Assembly: GCF_000150275.1 (NCBI RefSeq)
Contig: NW_002060956.1
Span: 1,672,280 to 1,736,279 of the forward strand
Reading direction: 5' to 3'
Origin: Trichoplax adhaerens
Taxonomy: Eukaryota; Animalia; Placozoa
Length of the DNA: 64,000 bases
This document shows, piece after piece, positions 27,512 to 39,400 of the stretch. The position numbers and the translations under genes are program-made. Within the stretch, counting starts at the first letter, position 1, and every line of letters begins with the position of its first letter. The notes beneath the pieces are model-generated. The model saw only the letters and a list, made by a program, of their open reading frames with translations, was not told the DNA's origin and made no database searches.

Positions 27512-28692
27512 TGATGATAGCTAGAATGTTGACGAAATGCTACTCACAAAGATCTCGCTGAAAGTACTTTTAGGGCTAATTATATTCTAACTTTACCTAG
27601 AATACAGTAGTTATAAAGTACTGCAGAATGTCAAATCATCGCTTAATAATTACAAATATATTACTAAAATAGTAAAAGCTTTGCGATTAGCAAATTGGTT
27701 GAAACATGGTTGTAAATTATTCCTTTATGCCAATACGACGGCTAACTATTTCTAAATATTGCAATAAATTGAGTAAGATTGATGACTTTGATAGCGTATT
27801 CCGTATGCTTTTATGTGTGTCAGAGTATATTATCTCAGATTCTTTTATTTGGCAATATTGCAATAACGCAAATTTGTAGACAAAACAGGCAAATGAGGTT
27901 TCGTCGATGTCAGAATTAATCTAACAAGAATTCTACTCTAGTTTCTCAGAAATATTCAAATAGTTACATTCGTTAATGCCGCAGCAATCAGGTGTTTGTA
28001 TTTCTAGTTTCTAACATTATTTCATCATGCCGCTGGAATAGCTGATGCGGTTGCCGATAAAAAGTTTGCCTTTAAATTAATCCATAATAAGAACATCAAA
28101 AGTATTGTAGATCCGTTCGATATCCAATCAAGATTTGATAAAGCAATCATTTCCGTCAAAATCATTACGAAGTAGTCTACTGTGTATGATTTTACATGCT
28201 CTGATTTATCAGAGAACGGTTAATTATATTGTACAATTCGAGTCAAGTAGCTATTTTATACAAATAGAAATTATTTGATTAGGAGTAGCAGATATAATGG
28301 CATTACGCTACAATTGCATTCTCATGTTATAGTATCGCTATTAATATCTATAATTTCTTAAAGTAATCATAATAGTAGCGCAGGCTATTCAAGTTCTTGG
28401 AATAATGCTTACGTTTTTGAGATAAAAATAGTTGATAAACCAAAGAGACTAGTAGGCAAGTACAATGCGTAAGAGACAAGCAAACCAGCTTGCAATGCCC
28501 TACTATACTTTGTGCTCTCTGCAGAGCTAATGAAATAGTAAAAATCGAAATTATTCGGATTATGTAATCTATCTTATTGCACTTTGAGTAATTTTAAATA
28601 TGAGAATCGAAGTAGCTGCAACCTTATACGCGTACCAAACCGTAAGGTATAAAGTTACTAGAACCATGGTAGTTAACTAATTAATACGAATA

Positions 28693-31600
28693 TTAATTGA
28701 TCGCCATTTTAGTTGTGTTGGGCAGCCAAATGGCTGAAATAGCTCCCCAACCCAAGCAAGCTGAAACCAGTAAAATCGGTATAGCACAATCAACATCGAT
28801 TAGCTGAGCGAAAAGTAAGTTTCCTAGAACGGACGCTATTCTACCCAGAACTGACTGTAGGCCAAATGCTGTCGATCTAGAGAGGTAATACAATTGGTAT
28901 TCAGTGTACTTACGAGAGTGAGACAGATGTGTACGTATTCCAGAATAAGGGATAATAGCACGGGGATCACAGTGGTTATCATATGCAATTAAAATACCTT
29001 AAATGTGTAGGATATAATTCAGGGCCTAAGACGTCAAGAGCATTCCATCCACCAATCGATAATCCGCTAAATACGCATGACAATATTACTGTATCCTGCT
29101 TTCGATTTACCAACCAGATAAAAAAAACTGCTACTCCAGAGCTACCCATAGAACAGGCTATATATCCATACAAGAAAGAAAGTGTTATAGCTTCATGTAC
29201 AGTAACAATAATGATAGGAGTGAACTTTGTATTCAAGGTAAAGCAATACCTAAGATAATTTTTCTACCGATCCTATCTATTAATAGGACTGTTATGAGAT
29301 TTCCAGGTAAAGTTGAAATCGACGTCAAAAATGATTCAAAGTAAATTTCAGTATTGTTGGCATTGAGCTCACAAGGTGGCTTGACTGTATCTAAGAATTT
29401 GTATTATTAGCTTTACATTAGAATACGGATAAATAAATAATGTAGATACAGATTAATCAGTAACTTACGATTAGTAACCATTCGGTTTGAACAGGTGCTT
29501 CCGTCAGCAAATTTTTTGAACAATTCTGGAAACCATAAAGACAGACCATAATAGCTATAATGATAGATAAATAGGTCAGGTATATTAAATTAGAGCGTTG
29601 CATGATTCCATATACGAGTCTTTTACCGAAACCTATATTTTACTGGGATTACTACAGATCAAATGATTTTAATTTACCCGAATGAAAATGTAAACCAAAT
29701 ATTAAACAAAATTAGGGTTCTTCTTAAGTAAGGTTGATAAAAAAGTTCCTTCGATGCTTGTAAAACCTAATAATATTCACAAAAGGATGTGTGAGGTAGT
29801 AATTCAGCAAAGATATTGGAAGATTCAAGACATTATCAGCATACGTAAGCAACTTTCAAATATTCTTACGGGTACTACAATAGTTTGCCTCTCTGTTGGC
29901 GTAAAGATAATATGCATGCAAATTATCAATAAACCTTTGCTGCAGATGCTTTACCATCACGAAAAAGTACAGTCATTTTATTTTCTGTGTTTGTAACAGC
30001 GTTGTTGTTATTAGTATTCTCGGTCTCAGGAGTGGACGGATCTTGTAACTATAAAATAAGAATTTAGTATCAGGATTATTTCTAAATTCTTGTGCGTCAT
30101 GATTACAGGACTGTATAATACGTAGATACTATCTTTCCATCTCTTATGGCAACAATGTGACTTACATGTAAGGTTGATCTAAGAGCACCCCTATTAAATC
30201 TTTCAACAGTTTGCAAACTCTTGATCGCTTTACGGCGTTCACCAACCTAAGCATAGAGCGAAGAATTCGAGGTGTACCCTCTAGTATTTACAGAAGTACA
30301 GTTTGGACAGAGCTAGATTTTATCAAGGAGCGAGAAAGTTATCTCCGTAAAATCATCCTAATTTAGAAGAAATAGTTTCATTATCATTTACCTCAAGGTA
30401 AAATCTTGGACTTTCAGGAAGGAAAAGTAAAGCTAACGCAACTGTGAAACAAGGAAACGTAGCTATACAGAGAAATATCCTCCAACTACCGAAGAAAATC
30501 GAACCCAGTGGGCCACCGATATCATGAGGAATAATGAGCCATGCTAAACCTGCAGCGATAATAGTACCTAGCATCCAAAAACAGGCCAATATAGTTATCA
30601 TAGACCCACGATGAGATCTAGGTTGAAATTCTGTAAAGTAGGAAAAGACGACCGGCATCGAGCCACCAACACTATAAGACAGCATACGTACAAGAGATTA
30701 TTACCTACATAACTTAGAATTGAAAATTTCATCAAAGAGCTATGGAGCAGTTACAGCTTTAAAATTCTTTACGATAGAGTAAAGAATACAAGTACTGTAC
30801 AGTAGTCATTATGTAATAATTTCTTGTTTAATTTCGATACAGATTAATACTAATTATTTCTCGGTGAATTGAACTGAATGATTCATTGAGCTTCACTAAA
30901 GATATATTCTATAACAATATTTCTAAAGTAACTATAAAGAAAGACTAGATTTATAGTTTTCTAGACTTTGAGAAAATTTTCGATTATAAAATATGTGGTA
31001 TTTAGCCTTAAAACTTGATTCTATCATAGTGAAGACTTTAAATTATGCAGTCGATGATTACTAGCACACTACAATTGACTGGATAGAATTAGAATCTGGG
31101 TACTCATATACAAAGACTTACTGGAAATAGTCTGATAGATAAATACTGTGCGATATAACAAGCGCTATTACTGAGTAGATATAGAGAAATTACTATCAAT
31201 AATTAATTAATTATTCTGATGGATAAATACTATACTATATGCAATGACGGGGATACTCAGTTATGAGTGTACAATAAAAGGACACTTAACCAAAATGTCA
31301 TTTTGCAACACTGTATATGTAACGCAGTAAATAAAACATCCACAGCAAATACTAGACGGTTGAATTTGGGTGTTTTAATTTAACTACTTTCAAGAATTTT
31401 CATGGCAATTTGATTGCCGTGGAATTCGTGCAAAAAGGGGTCTTTGCTTTGTGTATTCGTGGTATTAATACTAAGTACTGTAAGAAGTGGAGTATTAATT
31501 ATCCTTTACTAAATATGAATGCTAGGCATGGGTATAAAATCTCTCTGCTGTGATATTATCAAAATCAAACATTGAAAGGTATTTCTTTTGTTCTTAGCGA

Positions 31601-32237
31601 GTACGATTAGTCAAGTGTTTGATTGCAAGTTGCATAGGAAGGAGGGCATGGTAGAGTTTAGTAATGTTACAGAATTAAAGGAGGAGTGTAGTTACCCTAG
31701 TCCACTCATAAATCGACAAAAAGCAAAGAATCCAAAGTTTGGCGAGAAAGCGGAAATTAATCCAAATAAACCATTGACAAAGAGAGCATAGCGTAAGATA
31801 TTTCGTCTTCCTTGGACATCGGCTAAGCCGCCCCAAACGTAACCACCAACCATCATGCCAATAAAGATAATAGCTGTTAACCAGCCTTTTTCGATATCGT
31901 TGAGTTTTAAGTCGCAAGCAGAGGGTAGAACAAAGCTAATGGCTTGAATTTCTACAGCATCTGCTGCTACAGCTAAACCGCAAACTAGCAGTAGAATATA
32001 ATGGAATTTACCATAGCCGATGGCTTGCAGAATATCATCATAACTCATGGTTACGCCATTTGTCGTTGTTAAAATGGATTTGGAGTTGACTCTGTCTTCT
32101 AAGCCAGAAGCACTATCCTGCACGATCTTGGATTGTAATAGAGGATCGCTTAACGATCGCTCGGAATGAACATCATCGTTACCATCATCATTAATTGGTG
32201 TCCATCTATTTCCAAAGTCTTGGCTACTAGAAGTCAT
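28693..32237 (-). CDS. Synaptic vesicle glycoprotein 2 (SV2)-like MFS transporter, ~9 exons
   Basis: ATG at 32237 (MTSSSQD). Segments GYGKFH..ADAVEI..SFVLPSA, GMMVGGYVWGGLADVQGRR, GGSMPVVFSYFTEF..RG..LACFWMLG, WRIFL, PESPRFYLE, YYGLSLWFPE, LPGNL..LIDRIGRK, WNALDVL.PELYPTHLRSTAFG follow the SV2 pattern (SFVLPSA, FSYFxEF, YYGLxxWFP) more than SVOP. Confidence 0.88.
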
Positions 32238-32309
32238 ATTGAACTTTGTGTTTTGGGGACAAAAACACAAATTTTTTTTTTTTTAATCGATCGATTTCAA
32301 ATTCAGCTT

Positions 32310-34370
32310 TGACGTCCAGTACAGTATCGTACAGCACAGTGTACAGTGTACAGTATTTCACCGCAGTACAATATATTACACCGTAACATCAAGTGAGTTG
32401 AAAAATGGTTGAATCGACCGGATGTCATGTACTGTACAGTGTACAATACAGTGTACAGTACTAGTGAGTAGTGACTGATAGTTTGTATTCGAAAGTTGAA
32501 AGGAATAAAACTACTCAATACAGCAATAAAATAATAATAATAATAATAATTAATAAAAAGAGACATCCAGAGCAAATTACTCAAGGTTGGACTGATCTGC
32601 CTGCGTGAAATTTGAGTCAAATTTAAAGTCTATTTTTAAAAAATGTAAAGATATAATTCAAGGCTACACCATAGCTAAAATTGTTTTCTTTCAACCATGA
32701 CAGTATACTGTAATACCACAGTTTACTATACGATATCCACATGCAGAAGCATATTATTTTTCTGCTCATTCTACTTTACTGTACTGCACCATTGAAATTG
32801 TCCACTCAGTGTCCACTGTAGTGTACAGTACACTGTACAGTACAGTGTGCACAGTCTGTACTAAATCAATCTAGCTTCTTGTTGACACACTGTGCAGTGT
32901 GCAGTACAGTTGTCCAGTTCATATCGGATATACTGTACTGTGTAATGGTACTAATCAACAGCAGTTAGCAGGGACTTTTTGAAGGACTACGGTATCATTT
33001 TTACTGTATGAAAGAGAAGAAATTGCTCTTCAAAGTCCCTGACAGTACAGTATAGTGGATGGTTGCAGTTCATTTCTTTTCAACTGAACGACTTCTCTCC
33101 AGTCTCTTTCGACAGTACTGTACAGTGTACAGTACAACTCATCATATAAAATCCTCGTACTGTAGATCAATGTTTTCACTAGGCAGGCTTAGAATACAAT
33201 TCATTCGGTTTTGTTGCGGGCAGGCGGCAAGTAAACATGGACTGCAAATTATGTCAAAAATGCTAAACTGTACAATACAATATATAGTGTATAGGACAGG
33301 GCGAGTTGAACATTGTTTTGACTGAATGTTGCGGATTTGGAACATTATTACTGTACAGTACAGTACGTCATCTTTCAAAGAATGTACAGTACTGTCCATG
33401 TCATTTCAGTCATTTGATGACATGACCCAGTCACGGGACTACAGGACAGTACCGTGTATTCATTTTGCACGTGGAAAATATGGAAAGAACTGTACTGTAC
33501 AGTACTACAGTACAGAGGATTGAAATTATACCGTCGGTATCCAATACTGCTTTTTTTACATTTAGCGATCGGTCAATAATTACCCTCACAGTACTGTACT
33601 GTGCACAACTTGGATTTCAATTAAAAACATTACATCATGAAATTTTTCCAATTTATGTACAGTACTGTAACAGCTTTTCAGACGTTTGGAAGAAATACTG
33701 TACTGTACAGTACTGTACACTGTACAGTATGGACTGTATCACTGAATAGTTAGCACTGTAGACGGTACCATTGCCATCCATACTGTACTGTACGCATGTA
33801 CTGTACAGTACTGTACAGTACAGTACAGTACCGTACCGTACAGTGTACAGTAACGATTATTCCATCTTCAACAGTGGACCCTTAACGCAAATGAGCTTTG
33901 CACAACTTCTATTTCAATCAAAAACATGACATCATCAAATTTTTCTAATTTACTGTATGTACAGTACAATACGCATTTGTAAGGTTGAAGAAATACTGTA
34001 CTGTACAGTATGGACTACAGTACTGTACACTACAGTACAGTACTGTATATCACTGAATAGTTAGCACTGTAGACGGTACCATGCCATCCATACTGTACTG
34101 TACTGTACAGTGTACAGTACAGTACACTACAGTACAGTACTGTATAACGATTATTCCATCTTCAACAGCGGACCCTTTTAACGCAAATGAGCTTTGACGT
34201 CATTGTGAGAATGAAGAACTGCCATCATACAGTACAGTACAGTACTGTACACTGTGTACTGTAGTGTTCAGAAAAAGCATTTTTCTGAACAACTACGACT
34301 ACCGTACTGTACTGTACTGTGTACAATACGGTAAAAAACCGATCCTGGGTAATAATACAGTACGCCTGCC
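32310..34370. promoter_or_regulatory. Divergent promoter region (SV2-like / CYSTM1-like) saturated with TA-NNN-TA pentamer arrays
   Basis: Lies between head-to-head ATGs at 32237 (-) and 34464 (+). Dense TACAGTA/TACTGTA/TACAGTGTA strings occur throughout. Regulatory role is inferred from position only. Confidence 0.6.
33602..34196. repeat. Two-copy tandem duplication, ~297 bp period
   Basis: tgcacaact..atttcaat.aaaaacat.acatcat occurs at 33602 and 33899. Shared blocks include tcactgaatagttagcactgtagacggtacca, acgattattccatcttcaacag and aacgcaaatgagctttg. Confidence 0.9.
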
Positions 34371-34463
34371 ACCACGGACTTACTTATTACTAAGCTGCGT
34401 TTGTCGGTTGCTTAGTGAGAAATTGCCTTTCTTGTCGGAGAAATCTATCCAAAAAGTATCAAA

Positions 34464-34733
34464 ATGAGCGGATATCCACCCCAACCACCTTACGGTCAAG
34501 CACCACCACCGCCACCAGCGTATGGGCCCGGCCAACAACCTGGATACTATCCTCAATATCAACAAGGTGCTCCTCCTCCACAAAATACAACGGTCTACGT
34601 TCAGCCGCCTGCTCAACAAACTGTCTATGTTGTCGATGATTATGATGCACGACGCCAACAAGAAGCCGAAGATTGCTGTAATCTTGCCTGTTGTATGGCT
34701 TTGTTATGTTGCTGCTTAGCCATGAATAACTAA
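34464..34733 (+). CDS. CYSTM1: Cysteine-rich transmembrane module (CYSTM1-like) protein, 89 aa, intronless
   Basis: aaaATG context; Pro/Gln/Tyr/Gly-rich N-terminus, TVYVVDD motif, and a C-terminal CCxLACCxALLCCCL tail anchor typical of the CYSTM family. Confidence 0.85.
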   Translation: MSGYPPQPPYGQAPPPPPAYGPGQQPGYYPQYQQGAPPPQNTTVYVQPPAQQTVYVVDDYDARRQQEAEDCCNLACCMALLCCCLAMNN

Positions 34734-35889
34734 TAGACATCTTCCTTACCATATAGCGATAATTTCCATTGAGATAGATCATTGACTGGTTGGTTTGGGA
34801 ACGTTGATTTGTTAACAATCTTTAGCCCTATTTTGATGAGTAGAAAGCAAAAAATTGTCATAACAGATAATACTGTAAATCGTCTGTTGTAGTGTCTGTA
34901 CTAGTAAAGAAATCGATGTTAGTACTGTAATAGTTTGAAATTGACTTTACTGATCCTGTAATCTTGCTTATTTGTTGTACTGTATAAGTTATTTTACAAT
35001 GTCAAGATTTCGACTATAGAAACGTAGTGTTCTTACTCAGTCTCTAATACATAAGAGAACACAATTATTCTTCATTATTAAGCATAGATCGTAGGTAAGC
35101 GTATAGCGTGATTGATTTGCAGTCATAATTGCCTACAGTAGCGTTTGATTTTCTATCCGCTAATGTTACAAATTTAGTGCCTTAACACCGTTTATTACTA
35201 GAAAAAGTATAGTAAAATTGGCAAAAAGGTGCTGTACCATGCAATTGGTTACTAGAATTTTATTTCGTATGTTAGTTGTAGAAATACATCGTAACTTTCA
35301 CCAGGAGAAGGAGTTATTTTGAAAACGAGTTGTTTTATTATTTACATATTGAAATACTATTTCTAAACTAAAGTATGGTACCTTGCATTATAGCCTGACT
35401 TAGGATTGTTACCTCTTGTACATCGCTAGGTTTTCGTTCTATGTTAACGTTGTCCTGTGTAATATACATATATATATGATATATACGTATTCGTATACAC
35501 GATGCTTGATCAGATTAAAAGCTAATTCCGCTAAAGTAGCAACGCCGCCATTACTGTTGATTTGGTATGTTTTTTTCTAAACTTGATGGTTTGATCGCAT
35601 CTTATTACGCTTTTACTACTTAATTAATCACGATATCTAGCACTACGATACAGTATGACAATGTGTATGTACAGTACCATGTGTCGATCAGGCAAAGTTT
35701 TGCTAAAGTTGAGTCTGCGCGTATGGAATAAGTCTTTACGGTGTCGATGGGCGTAGGATATTTTTCATCGACAGTCGCCTTTCAGTAGCTTTCTGATACT
35801 TTTCTAGTAGTTATTTACTGAGGTTTGCGAGTTGTACTGGTTTTGTTATTGGCGAAGTTTGCAATTTATGTTGCTTGCTGCGATACGTA

Positions 35890-36437
35890 CACTGCAGTAC
35901 TCAAACGCCATAACGTAGTCAGTCTCGATATCGTGGAAGAGTAAAATTGCCTTGAAATGCAGCCATAGACTACTAAGGGTATATTTGGTAGTTCATAGCA
36001 GCACAATACACCGAATCGAATGTTATCGCCGACATAATTGATAGAGCGCTTGATAACATTGTTTCGACTACAGTATAGGTAATTGATATTCTCCGTCATG
36101 CTAATAATAAAAGCGTAACTGTTTTACATTTATTATAATCCAGCTTCAGAAGGAGATTGTGAACTCAGACGGCATAGCGTAGCCAGTCTCGATATAGTAA
36201 ATAAGTAAAATTGCCTAGAAATGTAGTTCCATAGACTACTAAGGGAATATTTTGTAGTCCGTAGCAGCACAATACAGTACACCGAGTCAAACGTTATGGC
36301 CGTCATAGTCGATAGAGTGCTTGATAACATTGTTTTGACTACAGTTTGTTGCAGGTAATTGATATTCTCTCTCATGCTAATAAAATAGCGTAACAGTTTT
36401 AAATTTACTATTAGTCCAGCTTCAGAATGAGATTTCC
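35890..36437. repeat. Two-copy tandem duplication, ~276 bp period
   Basis: cagtctcgatat, gtaaaattgcct.gaaatg, catagactactaaggg and ggtaattgatattctc each occur twice. tccagcttcagaa is at 36139 and 36415. Confidence 0.88.
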
Positions 36438-39400
36438 TTTGAATACGATTTTCGACATGTATACTTGTATAAGCTCTTCTGGAAGTAATAAAGTCATAAT
36501 TTTGATCGATGGTGCAACGATTAACAATATTGACCTATCCTCTTGAAATACAGTTTATCACCATTGCTACACTTTAGCTAGCTTTTTATGCTCTCACTTA
36601 CTTGAGATCATGTTATGAAAGAAATTGACTACACGCTTCAGGGTAATCAGCGAGTTTGTAGACGTTGCAATGATAAAAGAAACGTCTCCGAAAAGCCGAA
36701 GCTGAAAAATCTGAGCAAAATAGTCTCACTTTGAAACATTTCATTACTCTGGCTAGTTCTGCTTACAGATGAAAATCAAAAGATCATGAAAAATATAAAA
36801 CACTCGTTGTAAAAATGAATTCTCTGTATGCTGGTAGTAAAGATCTTAAATGAAATAATGCCTATATTCCCGATATTTTTTAACGTAGTTATGCCCATCC
36901 TGTCTTATTTACTTGAAATCGTAAGTTATAAATCAGAGTGTGATATGGACATATTTTCTCGTAGAGAATCTATATGTAGGTAATTGATATGGCACTTGTA
37001 TTAGCAGATCTTAAATTATCTTATTCAGCCCCGATTTCAATGAAATGCTTCTAGTAGCATTGATGCATAATTTCCGTCATGGACTTGCCCGGCCTTAATA
37101 CGCCGATTGCTTTCATTACACCATAATAAATTAATAAAACTAGAAACTATCCTATTTTCAATTGAACTATAAAATAGATAAGATAATAGTTTTAGAATAA
37201 ACCTTTATAATATTTCGATAATTTGTCATTAAATCGCTCTGTGTATTCTAGAAGTTAATGTATGAATGGTCTATCAAATGTATGTTTACTCCAATTGATT
37301 TCAATTAAATCTACATGAGCATTAGCAGTAATTCGTCTTCATTTTGTATCGGTTTACAGTATGGTACCGGTATCTTCCCGTAGATCAGAGCGAAAGAATG
37401 AAATGGAAATTATATTAGATTTTACTTAATAAGGCTCCGGCGATCGTATTCAATCGCTTGATATGGTAGTTTATTAAAGATAAAATATTGTTAACCAAAG
37501 TTCATTATCTTTTAAGTAGATATCATGCGAATAACTTTTCAAGAGGAGGATTATTAAAGCAATTTGCCATAATTCAGGTAGCAGGATATAAATATGATGC
37601 TGTTAAACTAATCTACATCGCAGAAGGATATACAAATAAATACAAACGTCAATCTGATGTTAGCCATGGCTCATAGAGAGTAGGGACTTAATATACAGAT
37701 AGTAGTAAGCTAAATATGTTAAAAGAAACGCTGAGAAAACATGATCGTTTCTTACAACCTCAGTGAAACGTAAATATCCATTACATACTAGTACATAACG
37801 ACTATCTCTTCAGAAATTAAAAACCTTTCAGAATAATATTTCCAAAGACTACTCGAATTTGACGTAGAAAATTATTTAAGTAGAAATGTCTAAGCCACCT
37901 AGAAATAATTAGAGATAGACGTATCAACAGTAGTTAATCAAATGCAAATCATTAGAATAAACTGTAAAATGCATATATCAGTCAGTAACACTCTATTATG
38001 TTCGTGGTAAACGGTGTATATACGACGTATATATGTAATTGCTCCATATATAACACACTCTCTGAAGTAGATCTATTTCATAACTTTGTACAGTTTAATT
38101 CTAAATTACGGCCAAATTTAACAGTTTAGGCCATAAATTCTAAAAGAGGTCAGCTTACTCCAAAATTAATGGCAAAATTACAACGTATACTACGATGTAG
38201 TAAAAAACCTTACAATGGAATATGTTTTCAGCATTTTAACGCACACATAATACGTATTATTAGTATTCTACTGAGTTGATAAGTATAATGCTGTCTTCTT
38301 CTCAAAACTGTGGACTACCAGCATTTTTGTTATATTTAGATGTTGCATTTTCGGCTATTTTACGATATACCAAAGACCAAAAGAATACCGAAAGAAACGA
38401 CACTTATATCTACAATTATATCTACAATTGCCTAGTATTGATAATTAAATAGCATAATATGATACTGCACTTGCCTAAAATACTGATTTCATAAATTCAT
38501 GTATTCTTATTCATCCGCTGATATCTGTTTGGTGTCCGTACATTCAAACACATATAAAATACGGGCAGGTAATAAATTATCATCGAGCCATAGACTTTTC
38601 TAACCGTCGGGTTAGTATTAATTTTAACTATTTAAGAATAACTATTTTATTAGCGTATATTGCAGTTATTGCCTATTAATACCAGTGAAAACATACATAT
38701 TGTATTACCAAATTAGTTGTCATCGATCAATATTTAATCTTCTATGGCAATAATTTAAAGTCTTATTGACTGTACTGTGTGTCATGGTGGACTACTAATA
38801 TTTAATTTAAACTAGGATAAATTCATATCTTGTCCTATAAATTAATTGCTGATACGAGCACTAAGAAAGAAAGCATCTATAGCTTACGGTAGCTATTAAG
38901 AGCACTGGTGATAATTTTTAGTCGTATGGCATTAATTAAGTGTCATATTGCTTCGTAACTACCTAAGGATAAATGCCTGTCCGAGTTTGTTTATGTGCAT
39001 GTACTAACTGTACTTCGGCAATAATAAATTATACTATAGACACATATTCTCCTCAGATACCTGCATATATATATGAAAAGTATTTAATTGAAATCTAAAA
39101 TGTAATGTACTCATAAAGGTAAGATACTATACGCCCGAAAATACTTTGCAGTCGTTACCAAAATTTTATTACACATCTTCACTGGAATCGTACCATAGCA
39201 ACTTGTCATTAGTACAAATTATGCGGTCGTAAATAAACTTTAACTAACTAAGTTTCCGACACAGATAGCTCTCAAAATCCATGAGGATCGTATCAACATG
39301 GTGATATATAAGGTACTCATAGTATTCGGACATACAATATACTTTGCCTTTTATTCTGCTGAGAGAAGTATTATATCAATGATTTCCGTGATTTCACTTA

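Noticed and set aside
28983-29996. Plus-strand ORFs inside the SV2-like gene
   Set aside because: Antisense shadows of exons and introns with no independent support.
32303-34467. Cluster of 60-105 aa ORFs rich in Y/C/T/V/Q
   Set aside because: These are translations of the CAGTA/CTGTA arrays, with no protein-like features.
34380-34818. Overlapping and antisense ORFs over CYSTM1-like
   Set aside because: Shadow frames of a GC-richer Pro/Gln coding sequence; only 34464-34733 matches a known family.
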